Shown piece after piece: positions 52,392-61,932 of a stretch of 64,000 nt of DNA. The notes below the pieces were generated by a model. That model saw nothing but the letters and a program-made list of their open reading frames with translations, did no database searches and was not told the origin of the DNA. The stretch lies in contig JAZSLM010000039.1 of the NCBI GenBank assembly GCA_045535375.1, positions 9,701-73,700 of the forward strand, given 5' to 3'. Position 1 is the stretch's first letter, and every line of letters begins with the position of its first letter. The position numbers and the translations under genes were made by a program. This stretch comes from Eubacteriales bacterium. GTDB lineage: Bacteria; Bacillota; Clostridia; Oscillospirales; CAG-272.

Positions 52392-52508
52392 TTTACCCTC
52401 TGCAGATAAATATTTTGCTTTCGCTGAAGATATTATCGTCCAAAATTCATAAAATATTCAAAAAAGTATGATAATATGGTATAAGTGAAAAACTTAAGGA
52501 GACCTTAA

Positions 52509-55166
52509 ATGGCGAATAAAAAAATAAATTGGGGAGAAGAGCTGAAAACGGCGGGTAAGGTTGGCATCCGCGGTGTCGGAAAATTCTTTCAGATACTTGC
52601 AAACCTGCTGATAACCCTTCTGCTTATAATCGCGCTGACGGGAATTATCATCGTTTGCGTTTTTTCGGTGTATATCAACAATTACGTTGATACCGAGATA
52701 GACGTTGAAATGTTCCGTATGGATCTTTCGAATTCCACGACGACGCATATGTACTATTATAAATTCACAGACCGCGAAAACCGCATCGGTGAGCGCGTCC
52801 CGATGGATACGGAATCGGATGCAAATCTGCGCGGCGAGGTCGACCAGACCTTCGTTTCGCTCGATCAGATACCCGACAATATGATCAACGCGGTCATAGC
52901 CATCGAGGATAAGCGTTTCATGACACACGGCGGCGTTGACTGGAGGCGTACCGCGGGTGCGGGGCTTACCTTCTTCACGGGAAGCGGTGACGGCTTCGGC
53001 GGTTCATCGATCACTCAGCAGCTCATCAAAAACGTGACTGGCAACGATGAATACTCGATCCAGCGAAAGATCCAGGAGATCTTCTGGGCTCTCGATCTTG
53101 AAACAAAGATGGATAAGGAAGAGATCATCGAGCTCTACCTTAATATCGTAAACTTCGGTAACGGTTCGAACGGCGTTCAGGCGGCGGCTCATAACTATTT
53201 CTCGAAGGACGTTTCCGAGCTTACACTTATCGAATGCGCAGCCATTGCATGCATCACAAAGAATCCCTCGCGCTTTAATCCTCTTATCTATCCCGAATAC
53301 AATGCCGAAAGACGAAATATCGTTCTTTACGAAATGTACGATCAGGGACTTATCACCTACCGCGAATTTGAGGAAGCTTACGAAAAAGAGCTCATTCTGA
53401 ATCCTCCCGGAGGTAACGAGCAGGAGGAAAATCCCGATACTGCGGGTGTCAACTCCTGGTATGCCGATATGGTCATCGAGGACGTTATCCGCGATCTCAT
53501 GGAGGAATACGGATATTCCGAAAGAATGGCTGCGATGCTCGTTTACAACGGCGGACTTAACATTGAATGTCTTGTTGACCCCGAGATTCAGGCTATTCTT
53601 GAAGAAGCTTTTCTCAATGAAGAGAATTTCCCCGACACCGGTTCGGGAATCAAGCCGCAGTGCTCTGCGATAGTTATCGATCCTTACACCGGCGACGTTC
53701 TCGGAGTTGCGGGTGCACGCGGAGAGAAAACGGCAAACCGAGTTCTTAATTTTGCCACCCAGGCAAAGAGACCTCCCGGTTCGGCGATCAAGCCGCTCGC
53801 GGTCTACGCTCCTGCTTTTGAGGACGGACTCCTGACATGGGCGACCGTACTCGATGATACCCCTTATGACGTTCAGGGCGGAAAGGGATGGCCGAAGAAC
53901 TCGACCAACACTTACCGCGGTCTTATCAACGTAAATTACGCACTTAAGGTGTCCACCAATACGGTTGCCGTTAAGCTTCTTGAAAAGCTCGGTCTGAGAC
54001 GTTCCTTTAATTTCTGTTATGACGTTCTCGAAATGAAGAGCATGATCGAATACGGCGAGTTTTCGGACGGAACCGGATATACCGATATCGGTCTTGCTGC
54101 GCTTGGTCTCGGTCAGCTTAACTACGGTCTTACCGTGCGCGAAATAACTGCGGCATATTCCATGTTCGTAAACAACGGTATCTACAGCAGTCCGCGAACC
54201 TATCTGAGAGTTACCGATTCAAGTGGAAACGTTGTTCTGGATAACGGTTACGAGGGAAAGGTCGCTATCAGCGAGGAAACCGCATCTATTATGAACATGC
54301 TTCTTGAAAGCGTTCCGAGAACCGGCGGTACCGCCGCATCGCTTACCTTCGACAGCACCTATGACATCGACGTTGCAGGTAAGACGGGTTCTGCGGGTGA
54401 CTATTTCGACAGATGGTACATCGGCTACACTCCCTACTACGTTTGCGGAGTATGGTACGGTTACGAATACCCCAAGCATATCACCAATATTTCAACCAAC
54501 CCCTGCGTTAAGGTGTGGGATGCCGTCATGGGCAAGGTCCATGAAGATAAGGTTATCGCAAATATGCAGGAGGGCGATAAATACCGCGAATTCAATGTGG
54601 CAAACAATCTCGTTCAGTGTACCTTCTGCAAGGATTCGGGTCTGCTTCTGAGCGATGCCTGCTCTCATGATGCCAGAGGAAGCCGCGCGGAGACGGGATG
54701 GTTCGTCAAGGGCACTGAGCCTACCGAATATTGCACAACTCACGTTATGGTCGATTACGACTACGTTGAGGGAGCGATCGCCTGCGAATGGTGTCCTCCC
54801 GAAAACATCAAGCAGGTTGCTATGATCAAGGTCGACCGTAAATTCCCGATAGATATCGCGGTCGTTGACGCGCAGTACGTTTATATGGAGCTTCCTTACG
54901 ACGTTATGCCCTACAGCACCGTTTACCGTCCATATTACTACAATCTCGGTGGCAAGCAATACTATGTCGGTTACACTTCGGGTCCCGTTCATTACAACAG
55001 AACCTGCTCGGCTCATTTCAACCGTACCGAGTGGCAAAAGAAGGTAGCCGAGATCAAGGCAAGCCTTGAAACTACAGAGGTGATCCCCGAGGTGACAACT
55101 GTGCCTGCAGATACTCGACGCAGATTCTTTGACTTTTTCGGCGATATTAAAAATCCCAAAAGGTAA
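52509..55166 (+). CDS. class A penicillin-binding protein (glycosyltransferase GT51 + transpeptidase)
   Basis: GT51 motifs AIEDKRF, GSSITQQL, RKIQE. Transpeptidase motifs SAIKP (SxxK), STN (SxN), KTGS. Confidence 0.9.
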   Translation: MANKKINWGEELKTAGKVGIRGVGKFFQILANLLITLLLIIALTGIIIVCVFSVYINNYVDTEIDVEMFRMDLSNSTTTHMYYYKFTDRENRIGERVPMDTESDANLRGEVDQTFVSLDQIPDNMINAVIAIEDKRFMTHGGVDWRRTAGAGLTFFTGSGDGFGGSSITQQLIKNVTGNDEYSIQRKIQEIFWALDLETKMDKEEIIELYLNIVNFGNGSNGVQAAAHNYFSKDVSELTLIECAAIACITKNPSRFNPLIYPEYNAERRNIVLYEMYDQGLITYREFEEAYEKELILNPPGGNEQEENPDTAGVNSWYADMVIEDVIRDLMEEYGYSERMAAMLVYNGGLNIECLVDPEIQAILEEAFLNEENFPDTGSGIKPQCSAIVIDPYTGDVLGVAGARGEKTANRVLNFATQAKRPPGSAIKPLAVYAPAFEDGLLTWATVLDDTPYDVQGGKGWPKNSTNTYRGLINVNYALKVSTNTVAVKLLEKLGLRRSFNFCYDVLEMKSMIEYGEFSDGTGYTDIGLAALGLGQLNYGLTVREITAAYSMFVNNGIYSSPRTYLRVTDSSGNVVLDNGYEGKVAISEETASIMNMLLESVPRTGGTAASLTFDSTYDIDVAGKTGSAGDYFDRWYIGYTPYYVCGVWYGYEYPKHITNISTNPCVKVWDAVMGKVHEDKVIANMQEGDKYREFNVANNLVQCTFCKDSGLLLSDACSHDARGSRAETGWFVKGTEPTEYCTTHVMVDYDYVEGAIACEWCPPENIKQVAMIKVDRKFPIDIAVVDAQYVYMELPYDVMPYSTVYRPYYYNLGGKQYYVGYTSGPVHYNRTCSAHFNRTEWQKKVAEIKASLETTEVIPEVTTVPADTRRRFFDFFGDIKNPKR

Positions 55167-55186
55167 AGGGAATTTTACAAAAACTG

Positions 55187-55215
55187 TTGACAAATCCCCG
55201 ACGCTGTTGTATAAT
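55187..55215 (+). promoter_or_regulatory. consensus sigma-A promoter
   Basis: TTGACA (55187-55192), 17 nt, TATAAT (55210-55215). Confidence 0.7.
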
Positions 55216-55249
55216 ATGTATACCACTTTTATGGAGGAACACATTGACT

Positions 55250-55750
55250 ATGAAAAAATTCAGATCTTTAATTGCACTTCTTCTTGCTCTTCTTGCGCTT
55301 CCTATGTGCCTCTTTGCTTGCGAAGAGGGCGGCAAGGGTAACGATGATGGCACTATCGATCCCAATGATACCACCGACGGTCTCCGCGTTGATATCAACA
55401 TAAGAGAACTTGCTACCGAGGAAGGCGAGCTCGGCGTTTACTTCATCAAGACGGGTGCCGATTTCCGTATCGAGCCCGGTACTACTCTCGTTCAGGCTGT
55501 TGCCGCTCTCTGCGAAGACAGAAGCGCTACCTATGAGCTTGATACCATCGGTAAGTTCACCAAGTTCACTTTCGACGGCGCTACCATCGAGTCCGAAAGC
55601 ATTCAGCAGGAAGACGGATCCTTCATTCCGATCGAGTTCAAGGTAACCGTTAACGGAACCGAAGTCAAGGATTACAGCGAGCTTGCTCTCAACCACAACG
55701 ACGTTGTTGAGATCTTCCTTGTAAAGGGCGAGGCTTTCACCGCATCGTAA
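55250..55750 (+). CDS. lipoprotein, possible second DUF4430-like paralogue
   Basis: Lipobox MCLFAC followed by EEGG (compare LCLFACKDGG at 20785). The C-terminal FKVTVNGTEVKDYSELALNHNDVVEIFLV loosely fits the DUF4430 pattern. Confidence 0.45.
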   Translation: MKKFRSLIALLLALLALPMCLFACEEGGKGNDDGTIDPNDTTDGLRVDINIRELATEEGELGVYFIKTGADFRIEPGTTLVQAVAALCEDRSATYELDTIGKFTKFTFDGATIESESIQQEDGSFIPIEFKVTVNGTEVKDYSELALNHNDVVEIFLVKGEAFTAS

Positions 55751-55764
55751 TTTAACGTCAATAA

Positions 55765-55796
55765 AAGAACCGCAAGGCAAATGCCTTGCGGTTCTT
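55765..55796. terminator. bidirectional terminator between convergent genes
   Basis: 15-bp stem aagaaccgcaaggca / tgccttgcggttctt. Confidence 0.8.
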
Positions 55797-56834
55797 TTAT
55801 TCTGAATATGAGATTGTTCCGCCTCCGAGAAGGTCGTTCCCATCGAAGAAAACGGCGGATTGCCCCGGTGCGGGTGCTCGCTGAGGTTCGGTGAATTCAA
55901 TAAGTGCGCGGTCGGGTGCGAGGGATGTGACCTTCGCCCGTCCGGGCTTTTTCGTATATCGGAGGCTGACTGTTGCCTCGAAAGGTTCAGCGGGCAGTTC
56001 CCCCGCGGAATATCTGCAATTATCGGCATAAACTTTGGTGCGGTAAAGCTCGTTTTCGCGGCAGAGTATGATGTTTCCGCTATCAGCGTCGATATGGCTT
56101 ACGTAGAGAGGAGCACTCGAAGAAACGCCGAGTCCCTTGCGCTGACCGACCGTGTATGCGTCGATCCCCTTATGTTTGCCGAGGATCTTACCCTCGGTGT
56201 CGACAAAATTGCCGAGCTTGGTCTCTCCCGAAGAACGGCTTCGGACAAAATCGGCGCAGGAAATGTCTTTTATAAAGCAGATATCCTGGCTGTCGGGTGA
56301 TGATGCCGAGGGGAGTCCGAGTTCTTCGGCGAGCGCGCGTATCTCGGGCTTGGTCATTCCCGAAAGCGGGAAGAGAAGGCGCGAGAGGATGTCCTCGCCG
56401 AGCATATAGAGAAAATAACTCTGGTCCTTTGCCTTGTCCGTTGCGGCGGTGATTACGGGATGACCTCCGCGGTTTCCAATGGCGGCGTAATGCCCCGTGG
56501 CGATATATTCGCAGCCGAGACTGTCGGCTGTTTTTAAGAGGGCGGGGAATTTTATATATCCGTTGCAGAGCACGCAGGGGTTGGGTGTTCTGCCGTTTTC
56601 GTATTCCGAAACGAAGGGCGAGAGGACGTACTTTTCAAAATCTTCGCGCATATCGACGGTGTGGTGCGCGATGCGCAGAGCATCCGCAACCGCGCGTGCC
56701 GCCGCGGCGTCCTTTTCGTGTATATCGTGCATAACGAGCGTCGCGCCGATGACCTCGTGCCCCGCACGCATAAGGAGCGCCGCCGCTGCCGAGCTGTCAA
56801 CGCCCCCGCTCATTCCCAGTAAAACTTTTGACAT
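55797..56834 (-). CDS. mnmA: tRNA 2-thiouridine(34) synthase
   Basis: PP-loop GMSGGVDSS. Conserved Cys region NPCVLCN and the CATGHYA-like segment YIATGHYA. Confidence 0.9.
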   Translation of the reverse strand: MSKVLLGMSGGVDSSAAAALLMRAGHEVIGATLVMHDIHEKDAAAARAVADALRIAHHTVDMREDFEKYVLSPFVSEYENGRTPNPCVLCNGYIKFPALLKTADSLGCEYIATGHYAAIGNRGGHPVITAATDKAKDQSYFLYMLGEDILSRLLFPLSGMTKPEIRALAEELGLPSASSPDSQDICFIKDISCADFVRSRSSGETKLGNFVDTEGKILGKHKGIDAYTVGQRKGLGVSSSAPLYVSHIDADSGNIILCRENELYRTKVYADNCRYSAGELPAEPFEATVSLRYTKKPGRAKVTSLAPDRALIEFTEPQRAPAPGQSAVFFDGNDLLGGGTISYSE

Positions 56835-56853
56835 TTTTGCCTCCGTGCTGTTG

Positions 56854-56890
56854 ATATGTATATTTTAATACATATTTATGCTTTTGTCAA
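56854..56890 (-). promoter_or_regulatory. mnmA promoter with overlapping 8-bp-arm palindrome (candidate operator)
   Basis: The reverse complement reads TTGACA (56890-56885), 17 nt, TAAAAT (56867-56862). The palindrome atatgtat atttta atacatat (56854-56875) covers the -10 region. Confidence 0.5.
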
Positions 56891-56973
56891 TAAAATTTAC
56901 ATTTCCATATGGTATTTTCTCCGAAAATGTTGTATAATAAACTGAATATATTTACACTCATAAGGATTTTGAT

Positions 56974-59748
56974 ATGAAACTTGAAACATTACTCTTCGGA
57001 GATTACAGCAAAAGAGAGATCAAAAAGATAAAACCCATCGCCGATGCGGTCGAGGCTTTGGCTGATAAATACCGCGAGATGGACGAGCAGGAGCTTCGCC
57101 GTACCAGCGAGGTCCTTCGCGCGCGCCTTGATGCGGGCGAGAACCTTAATGACATCCTTCCCGATGCCTTTGCCGCGGTTCGTGAGACTGCTGACAGAAT
57201 CCTCGGTAAGCGTCCCTTCTATGTTCAGATCCTCGGCGGAATCCTGCTCCATCAGGGCAGAATATCCGAGATGAAGACGGGTGAAGGTAAGACCCTCGTT
57301 GCAACCATGCCCGCGTACCTCAACGCGCTGACGGGCAAGGGCGTTCACGTTGTTACCGTCAACGATTACCTCGCATTCCGTGACGCCAACGAAATGGGAA
57401 GAATTTACGAATTTCTCGGACTTAAGACGGGTGTCGTTCTCAAGCAGATGTCTGCGGCAGAAAAGCGCCGTCAATATGCTTGCGATATAACCTACGGTAC
57501 CAATACCGAATTCGGTTTTGACTATCTGCGCGACAACCTTGCAAAAAGCAAGCCCGAAATGCTTCAGCGCGGTCATAATTTCTGTATCATCGACGAGGTC
57601 GACTCTATCCTCATCGACGAGGCAAGAACTCCCCTTATCATCTCGGGCGTAAGCGACAAGACCTCGGATATTTACGAGAAGTGCGACGCCGTTGTCCGCA
57701 AGATGAAGGCAAAGGTCCTCAAGGAGATGGACGACAAGCAGGAGACCGAGGACGAGAACGCGGACTATATCGTTGATGAGAAGAGAGGAAGCGCCGTACT
57801 TACTCCCCGCGGTATAAAAAAGGTTGAAGCTCATTTCGGCATTGACAACCTCAACGACCCCGAAAACGCCGTTATCTCGCACAACGTAAACCAATCGGTT
57901 CACGCGTGGGGCGTCAAAAAGAGAGAGGTTGATTACGTCATAGTTGACGGCGAGGTCATCATCGTCGACCCGCACACGGGCAGACTTATGCACGGCCGCC
58001 GTTATCAGGACGGTCTGCATCAGGCAATCGAGGCGAAGGAGCGCGTGAACATCAAGGGCGAAAGCCGCGTCACCGCGACCGTAACCATTCAGAACTATTT
58101 CCGCATGTACTCGAAGCTTTCGGGTATGACGGGTACCGCAAAGACCGAGGAGGACGAGTTCCGCCAGATCTACGGCCTTGACGTAGTCGAAGTTCCCACC
58201 AACAAGCCGATGATCAGAAAAGACAATCCCGACCGCGTTTTCGTTGACGAAAAATCGAAGTACGCTGCGATCCTCAAGCACGTTGGCGAGTGCCACGAAA
58301 AGGGACAGCCGATTCTGATCGGTACTCCTTCGGTTGAAAAATCCGAGAATCTCGCAAAATTCCTCAAGGCGGCGGGATTCAAGTTCAATATGCTCAACGC
58401 GAAGAACCACGAGCGCGAGGCTGATATAATCGCCGAGGCGGGACGTCCAGGCGCGATCACGCTCGCAACCAATATGGCGGGACGAGGAACCGATATTATG
58501 CTCGGCGGAAATCCCGAGCATATGGCAAAATCCGAAATGGCGCGTCTTGGCATCCGCCCCGAGCTTATCGCTGAAGCAACCGGTTCTGCCCCCACCGAAA
58601 ATCAGGATATAAAGAACGCGCGCAATACCTTCAAGATCTATTTTGAGAAGTATAAGGCGCAGATCGAGCCCGACAGACAGAGGGTCATCGAGGCTGGCGG
58701 TCTTTGCATCATCGGTTCGGAAAGACACGAATCTAGACGAATCGATAACCAGCTCCGCGGCCGTGCGGGACGTCAGGGCGACCCCGGCGCATCGACCTTC
58801 TATATCTCGCTCACCGACGACATCATGCGTCTTTTCGGCGACGACCGAATGAAGAGATTTTCTGCATTCTCGGCAAACCTCATGAAGGACACCGACGGCG
58901 ATCTTTCGCAGAACACGAAGATCCTTTCCGACGTTATGGAGAAGGCGCAGAAGAACGTCGAGGCTAACCACTTCAAGGCGAGAAAGAACGTCCTTCAGTA
59001 TGACGATATCCTCAACGAACAGCGCAAGCAGATCTATTCGCTCCGAAACGAGATCATCGAGGAGGGTGATATTTCCGAGCGTATCGTTCACATGATCGGC
59101 TCGACGGTCGAGGATTCGGTCGAGGATTGCCTTGTCACCCTCGAGGGCGCGAAGTATCCCACTGTTGACGTTGAAGCGCTTGAGTCGAGATACCTCGGCT
59201 GGGGCTGTGCAGAGGGCGAACTTGATTTCGCCGCAGATCAGCCTGCGGGAGATGTTGCTGAAAAACTGCGCGATCTTATCACCGAAAAAGCAGTTGCTCT
59301 TTATCACGAGAGAGCGGCTTCCGACGAGGACAGAATGCGCCGCTTCGAGCGTGCCGTTTTGCTCAACAATATGGACGAGCGTTGGCTTGACCACATCGAC
59401 GCTATGGATGCGCTTAAGGAATCCGTAATGCTCCAGGCTTACGCGCAGAAGGATCCGCTTAAGGAATACAAGATCATAGGTTCGAGCATGTTTGCCGAGC
59501 TTATCAATGAGATCAGACAGAGCACCGTCCGCGAGGTGCTCACCCGCAAGCTTCCCGAGGTGATCACCATCACTCCCGCTATGCTCAAAAATCTGCAAAT
59601 GGGCCGCGCGGGCGCATCCGCGAGAAACGCAAAGCCGCTGACTCCCGCGCAGAGAAGAGCCGAGAAGGTCGGACCGAACGATCCCTGTCCTTGCGGAAGC
59701 GGAAAAAAGTATAAGAAGTGCTGCGGTGCGGGCGGCGGTGATAACTGA
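56974..59748 (+). CDS. secA: preprotein translocase ATPase SecA
   Basis: Walker A MKTGEGKT, DEVDSILIDEARTPLIIS, TNMAGRGTDI. C-terminal zinc motif CPCGSGKKYKKCCG. Confidence 0.95.
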   Translation: MKLETLLFGDYSKREIKKIKPIADAVEALADKYREMDEQELRRTSEVLRARLDAGENLNDILPDAFAAVRETADRILGKRPFYVQILGGILLHQGRISEMKTGEGKTLVATMPAYLNALTGKGVHVVTVNDYLAFRDANEMGRIYEFLGLKTGVVLKQMSAAEKRRQYACDITYGTNTEFGFDYLRDNLAKSKPEMLQRGHNFCIIDEVDSILIDEARTPLIISGVSDKTSDIYEKCDAVVRKMKAKVLKEMDDKQETEDENADYIVDEKRGSAVLTPRGIKKVEAHFGIDNLNDPENAVISHNVNQSVHAWGVKKREVDYVIVDGEVIIVDPHTGRLMHGRRYQDGLHQAIEAKERVNIKGESRVTATVTIQNYFRMYSKLSGMTGTAKTEEDEFRQIYGLDVVEVPTNKPMIRKDNPDRVFVDEKSKYAAILKHVGECHEKGQPILIGTPSVEKSENLAKFLKAAGFKFNMLNAKNHEREADIIAEAGRPGAITLATNMAGRGTDIMLGGNPEHMAKSEMARLGIRPELIAEATGSAPTENQDIKNARNTFKIYFEKYKAQIEPDRQRVIEAGGLCIIGSERHESRRIDNQLRGRAGRQGDPGASTFYISLTDDIMRLFGDDRMKRFSAFSANLMKDTDGDLSQNTKILSDVMEKAQKNVEANHFKARKNVLQYDDILNEQRKQIYSLRNEIIEEGDISERIVHMIGSTVEDSVEDCLVTLEGAKYPTVDVEALESRYLGWGCAEGELDFAADQPAGDVAEKLRDLITEKAVALYHERAASDEDRMRRFERAVLLNNMDERWLDHIDAMDALKESVMLQAYAQKDPLKEYKIIGSSMFAELINEIRQSTVREVLTRKLPEVITITPAMLKNLQMGRAGASARNAKPLTPAQRRAEKVGPNDPCPCGSGKKYKKCCGAGGGDN

Positions 59749-60437
59749 TGGGATACGGTCTTGTACTCATCGGCTACGCGCTGACTTTCTTCACGTCGCT
59801 GACTCTTTACGGCTGGCTTTTCCGTCTGCTCGGATATATCGTTATGGCTTACGGATTTATCAAGCTTAAGGATTATTTCCCAAGCTATAAGCTGTCGGTA
59901 TTTGCACTTCTTGCACTTATTCTGACGGGATTTTGCGAGGCGGGCGCCGAAATGGCTGCCATTCTCGAAATCGGCGGAGATATGACGGCTTTCACAACCG
60001 TCGTTTATTACACCCGCGACGTGCTTGTATTGATATTTCATATTTTCTTTCTCATTTCTACCTACATCGCTTTCGGCGTTGTCGATATGAATGAGAAAAA
60101 GGTCTCCGCCGTCACGGATCTGTGCGCGGTGGTGATCGGTTACGTACTTTATCTTCTTGCGGCACTCAAGATCATCGAGGCTAATATATCATTCTTTGCC
60201 CAGCTTATCTGGTCGGTGATGGTATTCGTCCTCATTTTCGGTTGCTATATGCGCATCTGTCCCGAGGGCGACGAGAATATGCCTCGCCGCGAGTCGAAGA
60301 TCCCCTTTATCAACAAATTCGCAGAGGCTCTCGAAAAGCGCGAAAACGAGGCTATCGAAAGAACTATGCGTGAGATAGAGGAAAAGAAAAAGAATGCCGC
60401 GAACGGCACAAAGAAAAAACACAAAAAACGCAGATAA
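59748..60437 (+). CDS. polytopic membrane protein with basic C-terminal tail, function unknown
   Basis: ATG overlaps the secA stop (TGATG). About 5 TM helices. Tail EKKKNAANGTKKKHKKRR. Confidence 0.6.
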   Translation: MGYGLVLIGYALTFFTSLTLYGWLFRLLGYIVMAYGFIKLKDYFPSYKLSVFALLALILTGFCEAGAEMAAILEIGGDMTAFTTVVYYTRDVLVLIFHIFFLISTYIAFGVVDMNEKKVSAVTDLCAVVIGYVLYLLAALKIIEANISFFAQLIWSVMVFVLIFGCYMRICPEGDENMPRRESKIPFINKFAEALEKRENEAIERTMREIEEKKKNAANGTKKKHKKRR

Positions 60438-60447
60438 GGAGGATAAA

Positions 60448-61854
60448 ATGAGCTTTTCACTGAAGCCTAAAAAAATCGGTAAGTATTTCGGACTCGGTTT
60501 CGCCGCGCTTTCGGCAATATTCCTTTTTAACCCCGATGTTGCCGTGATCGACGTCCTGCCTGATTTTATCGGATATACCCTTCTTGCCATCTCTCTCCGT
60601 TTTGCACGCGATCTTTCGCCTCATTTTGATAATGCCTGGCGCAAATTCCGCATTCTTGCAGTTATGACCTTCTTCAAAACGCTCTCTCTGCTCTGGGTAT
60701 TCGGAGGGTTGACGAGTGCGCAGGAAAGACCGACTATGATGTTGCTTCTTTCCTTCTGCTTCTGCATTTGCGAGCTCATCTGGGGTATTCCCGCATGGCG
60801 CTCACTTATCGAGGGGTTCATCATCCATTCGCAGACATCGGGCGGAGAATATCCTCTTATCGAAAAGGGGGCAAAGAGCTATCGTCCCGGAAAGAATATC
60901 AGTATTGCTTTCCGCGATTTCACCGTTTTCTTCATGATAGCAAAAGCGTTTTTCTCCAATATCGCCGAATTTGCGGTGCTTTCGGAGCATTCCTATGACG
61001 ATACCGCATTTGATTGGTACCGATTTATCGGACTTTACCGCTATATTGCGATCTTTGCGGGCGCGCTGATCGGAATCATCTGGCTCGTGCGTGCCGTTTC
61101 ATTCTTCCGCGGAATACTGCGCGATAAAGTTCTTATCGAGAGTATGAAAGAGAAGTACGAAACTACCGTGCTTCCGAATACCGGACTTTTCGTAAGACGC
61201 GATATCGCATTCGTTCTCGGACTTTTTGCAGTAGCCGCACTTACTACCGCCGATCTTTATCTCGATGACGTCAATTTCATTCCCGATACTCTGACGGCAC
61301 TTCTTCTTGCGTGGACTTTTGTAAAGCTGAAGCCATACTATAAGAATTATAAGCCCGGCGTGATCCTTTCCGCTGTATACGGTGTGATTACCCTTATAGG
61401 TTCGGATCTTTCTTACAAATTCGTTACCGATTCCTTCCCAAAAAAGACTTGGGAAAGCCGTGCGGTATTCAAAGAATTTATTGCGATGTATCCGGTCAGG
61501 GTCGTCGAGGCGGTACTTCTCTTCGTGACTGTTTTCTGCGCGCTGAAGGGCGTGCGCGCGATCATTGACGGACATTGCGGCTACATACCCTCGACGATGG
61601 ACGAAGCTTACCGTGCTTCCCGTATGGAAGCGATCAGAAAAGAGGTAGGCGTGAAAGTGACCGTTTGCCTTGCTCTTGCCGCGGTTGCCGCTGTCAGCGG
61701 CGGACTTTACGAGTTCGTTCTCTCACTCGACTTATTTATCAGCCCGATCTGGTGGATAATCAATTTTGCGGTCTGTGCAGTATTCTTCGCTTCCTCGCTT
61801 TATATGCTTAATGCGGTGAACGAAGAGGTTGAATCGAGATATATGCTTGACTGA
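60448..61854 (+). CDS. polytopic membrane protein, paralogous modules to the preceding gene, function unknown
   Basis: AAGGAGG SD. About 10 TM helices. The segment FVKLKPYYKNYK matches FIKLKDYFPSYK of the upstream protein. Confidence 0.6.
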   Translation: MSFSLKPKKIGKYFGLGFAALSAIFLFNPDVAVIDVLPDFIGYTLLAISLRFARDLSPHFDNAWRKFRILAVMTFFKTLSLLWVFGGLTSAQERPTMMLLLSFCFCICELIWGIPAWRSLIEGFIIHSQTSGGEYPLIEKGAKSYRPGKNISIAFRDFTVFFMIAKAFFSNIAEFAVLSEHSYDDTAFDWYRFIGLYRYIAIFAGALIGIIWLVRAVSFFRGILRDKVLIESMKEKYETTVLPNTGLFVRRDIAFVLGLFAVAALTTADLYLDDVNFIPDTLTALLLAWTFVKLKPYYKNYKPGVILSAVYGVITLIGSDLSYKFVTDSFPKKTWESRAVFKEFIAMYPVRVVEAVLLFVTVFCALKGVRAIIDGHCGYIPSTMDEAYRASRMEAIRKEVGVKVTVCLALAAVAAVSGGLYEFVLSLDLFISPIWWIINFAVCAVFFASSLYMLNAVNEEVESRYMLD

Positions 61855-61932
61855 CGAATAATTCTCCCGATTGTTGCCAATAATTCTAATGCGGTTAACT
61901 TACACAAATCTTTACCGCATGAGAGGATTATA

